From Batkoa obscura (Eukaryota), in the NCBI GenBank assembly GCA_030770535.1, contig JASVEC010000029.1, forward strand, positions 62,001 to 126,000: a stretch of 64,000 nucleotides of DNA, in the 5' to 3' direction. The first letter of the stretch is position 1. Every line of letters starts with the position of its first letter. Under the pieces are notes generated by a model. That model was not told where the DNA came from, ran no database searches, and saw nothing but the letters and a program-made list of their open reading frames with translations. Shown piece by piece: positions 25,416 through 37,470 of the stretch. Made by a program: the position numbers and the translations under genes.

Positions 25416-25905
25416 TGATCCAATAGCATATTAGTTATACTCCCAATCATATAAAATGAAATGCAAGCTATCTTTATCCAATTCAATAATAAATAAGACA
25501 AATAACAGCTGCTACAATTTTCTATCTTATTTGAAGCTATGATCAAACTTTGCAATTTATTATACCGAATTAGTTTAGAATTAAATATTAAGTCAAACTT
25601 TTTAAGAATATTTTACTTTTTAATTTATTAAGTGCATAGTTGTATAGTCGATAGGATGTATTTAAATATAATGGACGCTGACTTTAATTTTTGAAGCTGC
25701 TAAAAAAGCCTTTATTAATAGAAGCTTATAAATAAGGTATATATCTAACTTAAGTCTAATTTTAGCTGCTATCGTTGATTTTATTCGTAGTTTGTAAAAC
25801 TTATAGACTATCTGTAATTCCGAAAAATTAAAAGGATTTACTTATTATTCTTTTATTAAAGGTCAACTATTTTATAGTAATGCTAGTTTAAATGATTTTA
25901 CATAT

Positions 25906-26004
25906 GGGGATGTTTTTTTTAGTTTCATTACTTTTTCCATTTTTTAAGCGCTATTTGAGCGGAAAGATTATTAGTAAGGTTCTCAAACAAAAAAATACAT
26001 CTCC
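25906..26004 (+). mobile_element. 99-bp MITE, copy 8
   Basis: TIRs and core; flanks ATAT/ATAT. Confidence 0.9.
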
Positions 26005-26697
26005 ATATAGATCCATTATTTTTGATTGACTATTTTGCCCATTTTATAACATAAATTTTAAAAAATTAGTATAAACACTGAAATACAAAAAGACACTTCT
26101 AGGTAAATTATTTTTTCAAAATTTCGCTACCCACTTTTAGGCTTTGTCTTAAGTCCACCTTAGCTCAATAAAAACGCGGTACTCATATAAGATCTGGATT
26201 GGAGGCTCTTTGATGCCTCATTGCTCTTTTTTATCACTTTTAAATATCTAAGCAATTAAGGCAGCCATTTTACAAATTAGTCAAAGGATATTACCAAAAG
26301 CATATAAATGTAGTATACTAAAATAACGATAATACAATTTGCTGTTTTGTAAAATTTTGGGTAAAAAAATAAAATCATAGATTAATCGTAAACTGTAATA
26401 TTAAAAATAATAGTTTAAAATAGATAAAAATAAAAAGTGACAATAATCATGATGAAAAGCCCATTAAATGTAAATAGTTCTTGTTAGTGCATTTTTTACT
26501 TTGAATATCTTATAAATACAAATGAATAAAAAAATAAAATCTATACTAAATTACACTATACTTTATTGATTAATTAAAATTTCAGCGTTTAAATGATATT
26601 AATCTGGTTCAACTACAGTAAATAATTGAAACCATATTTAACAAGCATTAAAGCCATTGTGAAAGGTGAGAGGCAAAAGGTTAAGAAGTTAGATGGA

Positions 26698-27717
26698 TTA
26701 ATTTTTGTGTTTCAATACTTCAACATCAGCATCAACATTTGCAAGATGAGGTCCATTTTTAGTACCTAATACATCAGCATCGACATCAGCTGATACTAAA
26801 GAGTTACCACGTCCATCTTTGGCAACATCAGCCTTAACTTTAGCTTGAGCTAATCCATCTTTATTCAATACATGTGCATCGACATCAGCTGATACTAATG
26901 ATTGTCCATTTCTGCCTTTAGCAACATCAGCTTTGACTTTGGCATCAAGTAATCCTTTTTTACTCAAAACATCAGCATCAACATCAGCTGATACTAAAGA
27001 GTTTCCATGTCCATCTTTAGCAACATCGGCTTTAACATCAGCGTTAAGTAATCCATCTTTAGATAATGCTTTTGCTCTGATGTCAGCATCAATCAAAGCT
27101 TGGCCATTTTTACCTTTGAGAACATCAGCCTTAACTCCCAAGTCTAATAAACCACAGTTACTAAGAAGATCAAGGTCAACATCAGCATTGACAAGATTTA
27201 AGACATTAGCACCAATATTTAATCCTAATAAACCTCTTTTTGGACGGCATGGACGCTTCCCATTGTTACCATTACCACTTCCATTATTACCTCCATTATT
27301 ACCACCATTATTTCCTCCATTATTTCCTCCATTATTACCACCATTATTACCACCATTATTACCACCATTATTACCATCATTATTACCACCATTATTACCC
27401 CCATTATTACCACCATTATTACCCCCATTGTTTCCTCCATTATTACCGCCATTATTCCCGCCATTATTCCCTCCATTATTTCCTCCATTATTTCCTCCAT
27501 TATTTCCTCCATTATTTCCTCCATTATGACCTCCATGTTCATAATCATTATTGAAGTATCTTCTATTTAATGGACTTTCAATAGCGTCTGAATCGCTTCC
27601 AACAGGTACAGTTCTTAACAAACTATTGTTGACTAAGCTTGGGTCTTCTAAAAAGATAGGGGCAGATAGTACATTAGATAAGGAAGGAAATAAAAGTAGA
27701 GTGTATTTTAAAAGCAT
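26698..27717 (-). CDS. Secreted GGNN-repeat / ADVDADV beta-repeat protein A
   Basis: Signal peptide, NRR dibasic site, ~20 GGNN units, Cys pair, then ~19-aa alternating hydrophobic repeats. Confidence 0.8.
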   Translation of the reverse strand: MLLKYTLLLFPSLSNVLSAPIFLEDPSLVNNSLLRTVPVGSDSDAIESPLNRRYFNNDYEHGGHNGGNNGGNNGGNNGGNNGGNNGGNNGGNNGGNNGGNNGGNNGGNNGGNNDGNNGGNNGGNNGGNNGGNNGGNNGGNNGGNNGSGNGNNGKRPCRPKRGLLGLNIGANVLNLVNADVDLDLLSNCGLLDLGVKADVLKGKNGQALIDADIRAKALSKDGLLNADVKADVAKDGHGNSLVSADVDADVLSKKGLLDAKVKADVAKGRNGQSLVSADVDAHVLNKDGLAQAKVKADVAKDGRGNSLVSADVDADVLGTKNGPHLANVDADVEVLKHKN

Positions 27718-28503
27718 ATTTATAACTGTTATGTAATATTAAAGTAATTAATTTGAACTGCTTTTTTTATAAGTTTCTACTTGCTTTTTAGGTTCCTTTT
27801 ATATTCTTTATTTCAAACTATCAAACTATAACTTTTAATTTCAATTTTTGCCCCTAGAAATCTACTAACTTAAAATGTATTTTAATATGCTTTGTAATAT
27901 TAAATTTTTACACTTTTTTACATCACATTTTCAATGACTAAACTGTACTTCCCCTTAAAAACATTAAACTAGTTTTGTATTTTGAATCAAGTTTCCTACT
28001 CAAACTCGGTCTGCTTTTAATTAATCCCTTAATTTTATGCATTTTCAATTCAAGCTAACTTCTTATTCTTACTCCATCCTATTTTTAGATATTTAATTCA
28101 ACTTTCTTATTTTTTCTATTTGAGTTTTTCAACACATGTTTTTTTTTATTTTTTAACAATTATTCTAGATATATAATGATAAATCAAATATATGTTAGTA
28201 ATTTATTTTTATTATAATAAATTGACATTTTTGGTATGTTTAATGTTACAATTTAATGTATTGTATGTCGTTATATTTCCGAAAGCCAGTTATTTAGCTG
28301 GTATTCACTCCAAAATTCAATAGTAATTTTAAATGACTCGAGGCCAGCAACTAATAATAATACCTCAAATAATGAATAGAAGTTGAAGATTATAATAAAG
28401 AAGTGATAGGAAAATGAAAAAAGTTGCTTGATGCATGCATATTTTATTTTTTACGTCAAACAAAGGAAATTTAGGTCCTATGAATAAAAAAGAAATTCGA
28501 TAC

Positions 28504-28601
28504 AGGGACGTATTTTTTTGTTTAAGAATTTTAATAACAATTTTTCCGCTCAAATAGCACTTAAGAGCTGGAAAAAGTGATGAAACCAAAAAAAACACCC
28601 C
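28504..28601 (-). mobile_element. 99-bp MITE, copy 9
   Basis: Diverged left TIR, core intact; flanks ATAC/ATAT. Confidence 0.85.
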
Positions 28602-28824
28602 ATATATTCATAGCAAAAGACTCTGAATAATGCTGCAAAAATAAACAAACTAGATGTTTCGCCAATAAATACAAATCATTGTGAATTTTTATAAATACAA
28701 GTTTGACAGGAAATCTTTTGCTAGAAAATAGTTTAGGTGAGTCACCTCATATAAAAGTTTATAAATACTATGACTTTTGTTTTCAAATTTACTATCGGAA
28801 TTCATTGTCTTAACTATACAATAT

Positions 28825-28920
28825 AAAGATGTTTTTTTTGGTTTCATCATTTTTTCGATCTTTTAAGCGCTATTTAAGTGGAAAAATTGTTAGTAAAATT
28901 AAATACAAAAATGCATCCCC
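28825..28920 (+). mobile_element. 99-bp MITE, copy 10 (diverged)
   Basis: Left TIR GGGG changed to AAAG, core intact; flanks ATAT/GTAT. Confidence 0.85.
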
Positions 28921-29279
28921 GTATGATTTCTTAATAGCATTTATAATAGTATATCTGTTAGCTATCTATTAACTATCTATTTTAATAAGTATAACCATCG
29001 ATTTTCTTATGTTTAGTCGCTTTAACTTATAATAAGAAAAGCTATTTATTTTAAGAAAACTTTTCTTAACAATTAACTATACAAATTATATAATGAAACA
29101 CTATTTTTAAATTAACTCACTAAATAAAATCAAGATTTTAAAGTGAAGTTTATGTTAGGCTAATAAATTATTTATTCAACTTAATAAAGCCTAATTCATA
29201 TTACTAACAAATAACTAAAATAACAAAACAACTAAAGTAAATAATTTTTATTTGATTAAGAGGAACACGGTGAGATTAA

Positions 29280-30641
29280 TTAAAGAATATGTACGGTATT
29301 TGAGTCTGCATGGGAGTTACTTAAAACATCAGCGTCAATATCGACATTAACTAAATCTTTGCTAGCGACTCCACCAAGAATAGAACCAACAAGCTCATTA
29401 CCAGCGACTCCACTAAGAACAGGGGCAACAATGCCACCTACGGCTTGTTCAGTAACTGGAGCAAGTAAAGCTAAAGGAACAAAGGTTCTTCTGTTAATAA
29501 CTGGAAGAATATGTGGACGATTGTCTTTAGTTTTTAATATTTCAACATCAGCATCAACATTTGCAAGATGAGGTCCATTTTTAGTACCTAATACATCAGC
29601 ATCGACATCAGCTGATACTAAAGAGTTACCACGTCCATCTTTGGCAACATCAGCCTTAACTTTAGCTTGAGCTAATCCATCTTTATTCAATACATGTGCA
29701 TCGACATCAGCTGATACTAATGATTGTCCATTTCTGCCTTTAGCAACATCAGCTTTGACTTTGGCATCAAGTAATCCTTTTTTACTCAAAACATCAGCAT
29801 CAACATCAGCTGATACTAAAGAGTTTCCATGTCCATCTTTAGCAACATCGGCTTTAACATCAGCGTTAAGTAATCCATCTTTAGATAATGCTTTTGCTCT
29901 GATGTCAGCATCAATCAAAGCTTGGCCATTTTTACCTTTGAGAACATCAGCCTTAACTCCCAAGTCTAATAAACCACAGTTACTAAGAAGATCAAGGTCA
30001 ACATCAGCATTGACAAGATTTAAGACATTAGCACCAATATTTAATCCTAATAAACCTCTTTTTGGACGGCATGGACGCTTCCCATTGTTACCATTACCAC
30101 TTCCATTATTTCCACCATAGTGGCCACCGTTATTACCTCCATTATTTCCTCCATTATTTCCTCCATTATTACCACCATTATTACCCCCATTGTTTCCTCC
30201 ATTATTACCACCATTATTACCGCCATTATTCCCTCCATTATTTCCTCCATTATTTCCTCCATTATTACCTCCATTGTGTCCTCCATTATTACCACCATTG
30301 TGTCCTCCATTATTACCACCATTGTGTCCTCCATTATTACCTCCATAGTGGCCTCCATTGTCACCTCCATTATGCCCTCCATTGTTACCACCATTATGTC
30401 CTCCATTATTCCCTTCATAGTGGCCTCCATTGTTACCTCCATTATGCCCTCCATTGTTACCACCATTATGTCCTCCGTTGTTACCTCCGTAAACTGGAGT
30501 GGTAGCATAGTTGCCATTATTTGTTGAAGCAATCGTCATGATAGAATCACCATCTTTTTGGGGAGCGTCTTGTATATATAAAGGAGAAACCAATGCAGCG
30601 AGGATGCAAGAGATTAAGAGAGTAGATTTGTTAAAGTACAT
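29280..30641 (-). CDS. Secreted GG(N/H)N-repeat / ADVDADV beta-repeat protein B
   Basis: Signal peptide; GGNN/GGHN/GGHY array; repeat domain identical to protein A; extra C-terminal segment after INRR. Confidence 0.8.
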   Translation of the reverse strand: MYFNKSTLLISCILAALVSPLYIQDAPQKDGDSIMTIASTNNGNYATTPVYGGNNGGHNGGNNGGHNGGNNGGHYEGNNGGHNGGNNGGHNGGDNGGHYGGNNGGHNGGNNGGHNGGNNGGHNGGNNGGNNGGNNGGNNGGNNGGNNGGNNGGNNGGNNGGNNGGNNGGNNGGHYGGNNGSGNGNNGKRPCRPKRGLLGLNIGANVLNLVNADVDLDLLSNCGLLDLGVKADVLKGKNGQALIDADIRAKALSKDGLLNADVKADVAKDGHGNSLVSADVDADVLSKKGLLDAKVKADVAKGRNGQSLVSADVDAHVLNKDGLAQAKVKADVAKDGRGNSLVSADVDADVLGTKNGPHLANVDADVEILKTKDNRPHILPVINRRTFVPLALLAPVTEQAVGGIVAPVLSGVAGNELVGSILGGVASKDLVNVDIDADVLSNSHADSNTVHIL

Positions 30642-31601
30642 TTTTTTTAATATTTATTATTTAGTAGAGTACTATTTTTTGATGTAATTAATTTTTACTT
30701 TTTTGAGATAATAAGTTTCGTTGAGTTTTTGAGATATTTATACTCTTTCTTCTCACTTCCCTCCATTTTGTATATTCTTCATTTAACTTAGTTTGTGAAC
30801 TCTCCAATATCTTCTTGAAGTTGAAATCACTCCTTAATTCTTTCGCCAAAATTTCATTCTCACTATCTAGTTTCATTCTAACTTAATAAGTTCTTTTTAA
30901 AATCCAAGTTGGGTACCGAAGTTCTTACTTCATTAAAAAGAAAATGAAGTTAGAAAAATTAGTTTTTGTTCACATTGCTGATTAACACTTTGGATCAAAT
31001 GCAACTGGCAGTAATAAAATTTCAAAAATGCCCCTTAAAAATTTTAACAAATTTATTTTTAGGGTTGGGTGTGACCTTATAAAAATAAATTAAGGTTCCC
31101 TACTTTTTTTGTTTCTGGAGTAAAAATAAATTTAAATGGTTAATCAAATATTTAAATTATTTTAATACGTTTTTATTCTAAAAGTAAGTCATGTTTTCCT
31201 AGATTTTGATAGTACTAACTAATAAATTGTCATACTTATATTAGATACTCTTTATATAAAACATTACTCCACTTTAAAGCTTAGTGATGATATCAAATAC
31301 AAAACACTTTAGTACATTGTGTATATTCGTAAAGTTTAATGTGTAGCTATTATGTTATAGAAAATTCTCATTTAGAACGTTAAAATTTAGTTTATTACAA
31401 GGATGACTTCAAATTTAATAAAATTAATTTTATCACATCTCATTTTAAGTAAAGTTTCCAAAATACAAAAGAAAAATTATACTCATTATTTACTATAGAG
31501 AAGATAAATACAAAGTTGTCTGGGGAAGCATTAAGCTATATGTTATTTAAAATAAAAATGAGATATAAAAATATCAAAACTTTATTGTTTTATTTATTAT
31601 T

Positions 31602-32390
31602 ATGCGTACCTTTAATTTTAATTTCCTTTATTACATTATACTATCTAATCTTATCCCTATACTTACACTTACAGCAAATTTGACCCAAACAGACTTATCA
31701 TTAAACTCAACATCGAATAATGGGAACTATTATTACTATGTCCCTACTAATACTAATCAAACTGATAATAAACCAATGCAAACCTACGTTGTGATTCCTT
31801 TAATAAAAGAAAGCGATGAGAACATAAAGAATGAAACTATAATAGCCAAAGAAACAAACGTCACACTTCCGTCGAACCATACAATTATTGATGAAAAGAA
31901 AAACACTACAATAACTCCAAAACAAAAAGAGAAAGAAAAGAAGAAAAAGAAAAAGAAAAAGAAAAGTTGTAACCCTCATTTTAGCTTACTTGGTATCAAC
32001 TTTGAGATTCATTTAGGGCCTTTACTTTCAATCGCAGTAAAATTAGGTCTTTTCAATGGATGCAGCCTATTGGATTTAGATGTCAAAACCAAAGTATTGA
32101 AAGGTAAAAATGGAACTGCTGTAATAGGTGCCGATATTAACACTGAATTATTGGGTAAGAAGGGATTGCTAAACACTAACATTAAAGCAGATATCTTAAA
32201 TTTTAAAAAGAATGGTACTAGCAATAAGGACAATAACAGCGATCAAGAAGTAAATAAAACTATGTCTGATGAAAAAAATAAAAAGTTAGATATTAGTCAA
32301 CTTGATAGTAATACAACGCAATTAACAAGTCAAAATGATCAAATGAATAAAACTAGTGTTGAGATACAGCTAGATAACAACAAGATGTAA
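31602..32390 (+). CDS. Divergent third member of the ADV-repeat family with a poly-Lys tract
   Basis: CNPHFSLLGINF...GCSLLDLDVKTKVLKGKNGTAVIGADINTELLGKKGLL aligns with CRPKRGLLGLNI...CGLLDLGVKADVLKGKNGQALIDADI; many N-x-T/S sequons. Confidence 0.7.
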   Translation: MRTFNFNFLYYIILSNLIPILTLTANLTQTDLSLNSTSNNGNYYYYVPTNTNQTDNKPMQTYVVIPLIKESDENIKNETIIAKETNVTLPSNHTIIDEKKNTTITPKQKEKEKKKKKKKKKSCNPHFSLLGINFEIHLGPLLSIAVKLGLFNGCSLLDLDVKTKVLKGKNGTAVIGADINTELLGKKGLLNTNIKADILNFKKNGTSNKDNNSDQEVNKTMSDEKNKKLDISQLDSNTTQLTSQNDQMNKTSVEIQLDNNKM

Positions 32391-33578
32391 GCGTAATAAC
32401 GATAAATACTGACAATGGAAAAAAATAATAGTTCGAAGTATAGTTACTATTAAGGGTATAAAAGAGCAACTTTAAAATTTTATTTAATTTTATATCAAAC
32501 CTAATTCTTATTTTACTTTTAATAAATTTTAATGCTTTTAAAAATCATTACTTGAATTTATTTTTGAAGACATTTTATTGTAACCTTATTATTAAAAACA
32601 GCTCTGTATTATAAATTAATTCCTCATACTCATTAAAATTATACTATCTTACTATTTAAACCTAATTTTTATAGTTTCTTATACATTTATCTATAAACTA
32701 TTGTTTGAACTAATGATTATTTCAAACTGCTGTTGAATTAGTCGCATTTAGATTCTGTAAGCTTTAAACTAACAGACATACAAGTTTTTTAACAGTGAAA
32801 TAAAGTTAATACTTTTTTCCATCATTCAAGATTTTAAATTATTATTATATTAAAGGGTATCCGCGCGAACGCGTTTACCCCACTACCAAAAATTGTCCAG
32901 TGTTATCAGAGTTAACTGACATGGAAACTCTCAGAGCCGATGTGCAATGCTTAGATTGTTCCCAGCCCCTTCGCCTTCATGATCACGAAGAGACCCTGGC
33001 AGGTAAGTAAAGATTTACTGTTAAAGTGTTGCAGAATTTAAAGGCCGCCTAGAAAACTTGAAATAATAGATTTGTGGGATTTTGAAAAGTGTTTTAGCCA
33101 ATCAGAGGTCAAAACGATTTTAGCTTCAAATTTTAGCTGAATCTTTTTTTAAATTAAAGACAAATACTGTGTTTTTAGTTAAATGCAAAGATAAAGAGTA
33201 CTAACACTTGAGGTGGAGCGAACTGGAAAGAAGAGAATTTTGGATATATTTAATGTTATAGGTTTTTAATATTAATATTAAATTATTATATTTAAAAATA
33301 AACAAATATAATTTGTATGTTTTGAAAGCCACTTATAAATAATAAAATTACAATGAAGAGATTTGTAAAAAAACCAAAAATAATTTAAAAGTATCAACGT
33401 TATATTGAATCATATACTTGGTTTTTATTATGATAATAATACTTAAATAATGAATAAGCTTATGTTTTATCTATAATTAAAGTATCTTATAAACATCTGG
33501 ATAATATAAAAATAGTTGAAATAAAAAAGCTGTTAATTTCTAACAAATAAATTTATTAAATAAAATATATAATTTTAA

Positions 33579-34487
33579 CTAGATAGAGCCTCTTCTACCA
33601 ATAACGGATTGCCATCCTTTAGCATTCTCAAATCCATTTCTTCCATATTGATAATCTAAAAACGTTTTCTTGATTCCAGCTTCATCATTCATTACAAATG
33701 GACCGTATTGCTTGATTGGCTCATTAAGTGGCTTTCCGGCAATCAAAACAAAATGAACTGGTTCATCTTGAGATTTCATTATAATCTTACTTTCTTTTTC
33801 GCCTCCTTCTTTGTCAAATACCACTGTTGTATGTGCTTTGATAATCTTTCCGCTTTCAGGAAATTCTACTTTACCTTTAAGAGTATAAATAAACGCAGTG
33901 GTAAATTCTGCTGGTAGGATTTGATAAGCCGACTTGTTTGGTTCCATTTTAAAATCTATATAATAAACTGGATTCTTGGTACGGATTGGTGAGGTTATTC
34001 CATAAGATTCACCGGCAATCACTTTAAGTTCAATCCCTTCTTCAGGTGTTGCTCTTGGGATTTCTAAATCTTTTAAATCTTGATAAGATGGCTCGCACAT
34101 CTTTTCTTTAGCTGGTAAGTTGATCCATAATTGTAAACCAGTTGCAGGTTCACTTGATTCGGCTAATGGCATTTCAGCATGTACAATACCTTTACCAGCT
34201 GTCATCCATTGCAAGTCTCCTGGGCCAATAATTCCTTTATTTCCATTGAAATCTTCATGCTCGTTGGTTCCACTAATCATATAAGTTACAGTTTCAAAGC
34301 CTCTATGAGGATGGTCGGGAAACCCAGCAGGGAATTGTACTTTAAATTCATCTAACATTAAAAACGGATCTAAATTTCTTAAGTTGTAAGTTCCAATACT
34401 TCTTCTAACTGTTGCACCCACACCTTCGGGTTGTTCAATAGATACTACCTCTTGTACTACTTTCCTTGATACTTCAGCTACGGGCAT
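33579..34487 (-). CDS. PIR: Pirin (bicupin)
   Basis: EGVGATVRRSIG, LDPFLMLDEF, GFPDHPHRGFETVTY, WMTAGKGIVHAE, QLWINLP, YGPFVMN. Confidence 0.95.
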   Translation of the reverse strand: MPVAEVSRKVVQEVVSIEQPEGVGATVRRSIGTYNLRNLDPFLMLDEFKVQFPAGFPDHPHRGFETVTYMISGTNEHEDFNGNKGIIGPGDLQWMTAGKGIVHAEMPLAESSEPATGLQLWINLPAKEKMCEPSYQDLKDLEIPRATPEEGIELKVIAGESYGITSPIRTKNPVYYIDFKMEPNKSAYQILPAEFTTAFIYTLKGKVEFPESGKIIKAHTTVVFDKEGGEKESKIIMKSQDEPVHFVLIAGKPLNEPIKQYGPFVMNDEAGIKKTFLDYQYGRNGFENAKGWQSVIGRRGSI

Positions 34488-35956
34488 TTCAAATATTTGT
34501 TGTTTTTGATTGTTTTGGTTTGTTTTGGTTTTGATTTTGATTTTTTGATTTTTTGATTTTTATTCTTCTATTCTTCTTTTGCTTTTATACTTTTTACTTT
34601 TGTGAATACCAAGTTTGATTATAAATCTTATTCACATAAAACCATGACTGTTTTACAAACTAATTGAAAGCTTGAATACCCAAAATTTTAGAAGGTCTTA
34701 TTTGCTGCTATGAAATCTACTTACAAATCCAAGCATAAACTTTACAATTTCTTGATAATCAAAGATTAGTTCAAGAATAAAATTTGAAGCAAGTGTCAAA
34801 ATCAATAATCAGTACTGAGCAGATGTTCAATTATGCAGTAAAAAATTTGGATTAGAAAAGCAAAGCGAATTTAAAATTACTTTTTTAATGAAAAACTAAA
34901 CAAGCGGACAATGAATTATTTATAAGATTATTTAAAATGACTTTATATCGCATCACCTTTATTTCTTTAGTTATCTTTTTGGTCAATCATTTCATAGTGA
35001 ATTTAAAATAAGGTTGCAATACAACTATAAATTTGTTTATCAAAATTTTTGATAGCAGCGCTTCATAGTCAGCATACCTGCAAGAATGTCAAGAGTTCTG
35101 AATTAGTATCTTATTATATATATAATAAACTTACTAATTTAAAGACATTTTATAAGCAGTTTTTATAATAACAGCTATTTGTTATAAATCGCATAAAAAA
35201 TAGCATAGTAATAAGATGAATAATAATAACTAAGTTATATGATTAAATTTGAAATATTATCAATGATTAATAAAAATTTTGAGATATAATATAAATTTAT
35301 AACCAAGCAATAATATAGTTGAAATATTTACAAAACACGATATATATTAAGCCTCAGTTTTAAAAGAAATTATAAATGATTAGATAAAAATTTGTAATAT
35401 TAAAAATTTTATAAAATGATTTTATTTAAACATTACTATAACAAGTTTTTTATTACTTTGACCTTATGTTTTTATATATTCTGTTGTTTTAGCAATAATA
35501 GCATTATTATTTTGTAATATCTTAGTAGATTAAATTATAGAAATGCTGTATGTACGCTTCTGAATCTTCCTTACTACTATTTACTGTTAGACTTTTTCTA
35601 ATACATTTGTAACCATTTTAAAGTATACAAGGTATTAAAATACTGAGATTTAAAAAATGTTTTAGTACTCTTAATCTTTGAAATTTACAAAAATACTAAA
35701 TTTTTTAAAAAAAAAATTTAAAATTAATTTGAAATTGGAAAAATGATCTACAATAGACATCGCTTAAAATAAAAAGCTATCACCTTCATCGACGAAAAGA
35801 ATGGCGAAGTAGGTGCATAATAGTAGATTTTCTAATAAATACAATCAAGATCAACAATATATCAACATTTTGTTTAAATATCACAAAAACCCAATGTCAA
35901 CTTCTATTTAAGCAGCTAAAATACCTCAACTACAATTTAATTCAATTTAATTTAAC

Positions 35957-37315
35957 ATGAGATCTTTTGGCTGGGCCAATTTAGGACTTGTAGCTTTAAT
36001 AGCATTGAATGCTGTAGCTGGGCAGAACTGTGCGAAGCCAGTAACTAGGAAAGAAGTTAGAGAGTTGACTCAACAAGAGTTTAACGCCTATGTTTCGGCA
36101 GTACAAAAACTGCACAGTAGTAAGACTACCACCTCTATTTATAGTGACTTTGAAGTATTTACCCAACTTCATGATGCAACTGCGCGTAATATCCACAATA
36201 ACCCTTCTTTTTTACCATGGCATAGAGAGTTTTTGTATCGCTATGAACAAAGATTAAAAAAGATTAATGCTAATATTATATTGCCTTATTGGGATTGGAC
36301 CTTAGATTATGAGTACCCTCATCAATCCCCCATTTTAACTAAGTTAATGATGGGAGGGAACGGAGACAAAAATAATGACTATTGTATTTCTGATGGACCT
36401 TTTAGTACATTTGCTATGAAATATGCTTCAGATCAAGGTCCTCACTGTTTAAGAAGAAGTTATAGTGAAGATAGAAATATCACTTCATTTGTTCCACCAG
36501 AAACAATAGTAGCCATTTCTAGCGATAAAAGATTTTCTTATTTCTCTTACCTACTTGAAATTTATCATGGTTACCCCCATGTAGGTATTGGTGGGGATCA
36601 TGGTGATTTTTCAAAGATGTATTCTCCAAATGATCCTTTATTTTATTTACATCATGCCTTTATTGATATGTTATTTAGCAAATGGCAAGATAAATTTGGG
36701 TTAGGTATAGCTTATGAAGGCACTAGATATAGAAAAACAGTTTCAAGTAGTAATACTTTAAGTAATTTGGGGATTAAAGTGAGCGATGCATGGAACACTC
36801 GTAGCACTCGTTACTGCTATCAATACCCAAGTTATCCAAGAATTGTACCAACTCCAAGCTATGTAACTGCTGCCAATTTACAAAGTAATACTTTATTAGT
36901 TAGAAGAAATGAACCAAAGCCTAAAGGTTATGATAACAAACTAAAGCAGCAGTATAAAGGGAGATTAGGTTCTGTATTATCTAAACTTAACGGCGACATT
37001 GAAGGCAAGGTCAAATCAGCCTTGAGTAAAAATCCCTTCTTACAAGAAGTAGATAATGATGATGATGATGAGTTTAAAGGAAAAGATATCAAGGAAGTAA
37101 TTAAACATATCAAAACTAAATATAAGAAAAATGATAAAAAAGCTAAAAAGCGCCTTAGAAAACCCAAGAAACTACCAAAAGGTTGGGCTGATAAAAATGG
37201 ATTTTTACAAAGTGATATTGACGAGGTTTATCAAGATACTATTGATCTTTTGGACTCTCTTTCTGAAGTTGAAGGCTTTGTATCAGTCGCAGATATTAAA
37301 GCTAGCTATGTATAA
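35957..37315 (+). CDS. Secreted tyrosinase / di-copper oxidase
   Basis: Signal peptide, RKEVREL, CuA H..H..FLPWHR, LPYWDW, CuB YHGYPHVGIGG...SPNDPLFYLHHAFID; Lys-rich C-terminus. Confidence 0.9.
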   Translation: MRSFGWANLGLVALIALNAVAGQNCAKPVTRKEVRELTQQEFNAYVSAVQKLHSSKTTTSIYSDFEVFTQLHDATARNIHNNPSFLPWHREFLYRYEQRLKKINANIILPYWDWTLDYEYPHQSPILTKLMMGGNGDKNNDYCISDGPFSTFAMKYASDQGPHCLRRSYSEDRNITSFVPPETIVAISSDKRFSYFSYLLEIYHGYPHVGIGGDHGDFSKMYSPNDPLFYLHHAFIDMLFSKWQDKFGLGIAYEGTRYRKTVSSSNTLSNLGIKVSDAWNTRSTRYCYQYPSYPRIVPTPSYVTAANLQSNTLLVRRNEPKPKGYDNKLKQQYKGRLGSVLSKLNGDIEGKVKSALSKNPFLQEVDNDDDDEFKGKDIKEVIKHIKTKYKKNDKKAKKRLRKPKKLPKGWADKNGFLQSDIDEVYQDTIDLLDSLSEVEGFVSVADIKASYV

Positions 37316-37371
37316 ATAAACATATTGCAGTAATACATTTAGTATCTAAAGAAATTTGAATTATTAAATAT

Positions 37372-37470
37372 GGGGGTGTCTTTTTTGGCTTCATTATTTT
37401 TTCTATCTTTTAAGCGCTATTTGAGAGGAAAGATTGTTAGTATAATTCTTAAACACAAAAATACATCCCC
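37372..37470 (+). mobile_element. 99-bp MITE, copy 11
   Basis: TIRs and core; flanks ATAT/ATAT; 56 bp after the tyrosinase stop. Confidence 0.9.

Noticed and set aside
26933..30532. His/Tyr-, Pro/Leu- and Met/Glu/Ile-rich ORFs
   Set aside because: Shadow frames of the GGNN arrays; only the signal-peptide frame is coherent.
30688..30876. 62-aa ORF upstream of repeat gene B
   Set aside because: Short, no motif, lies in the probable promoter/UTR.
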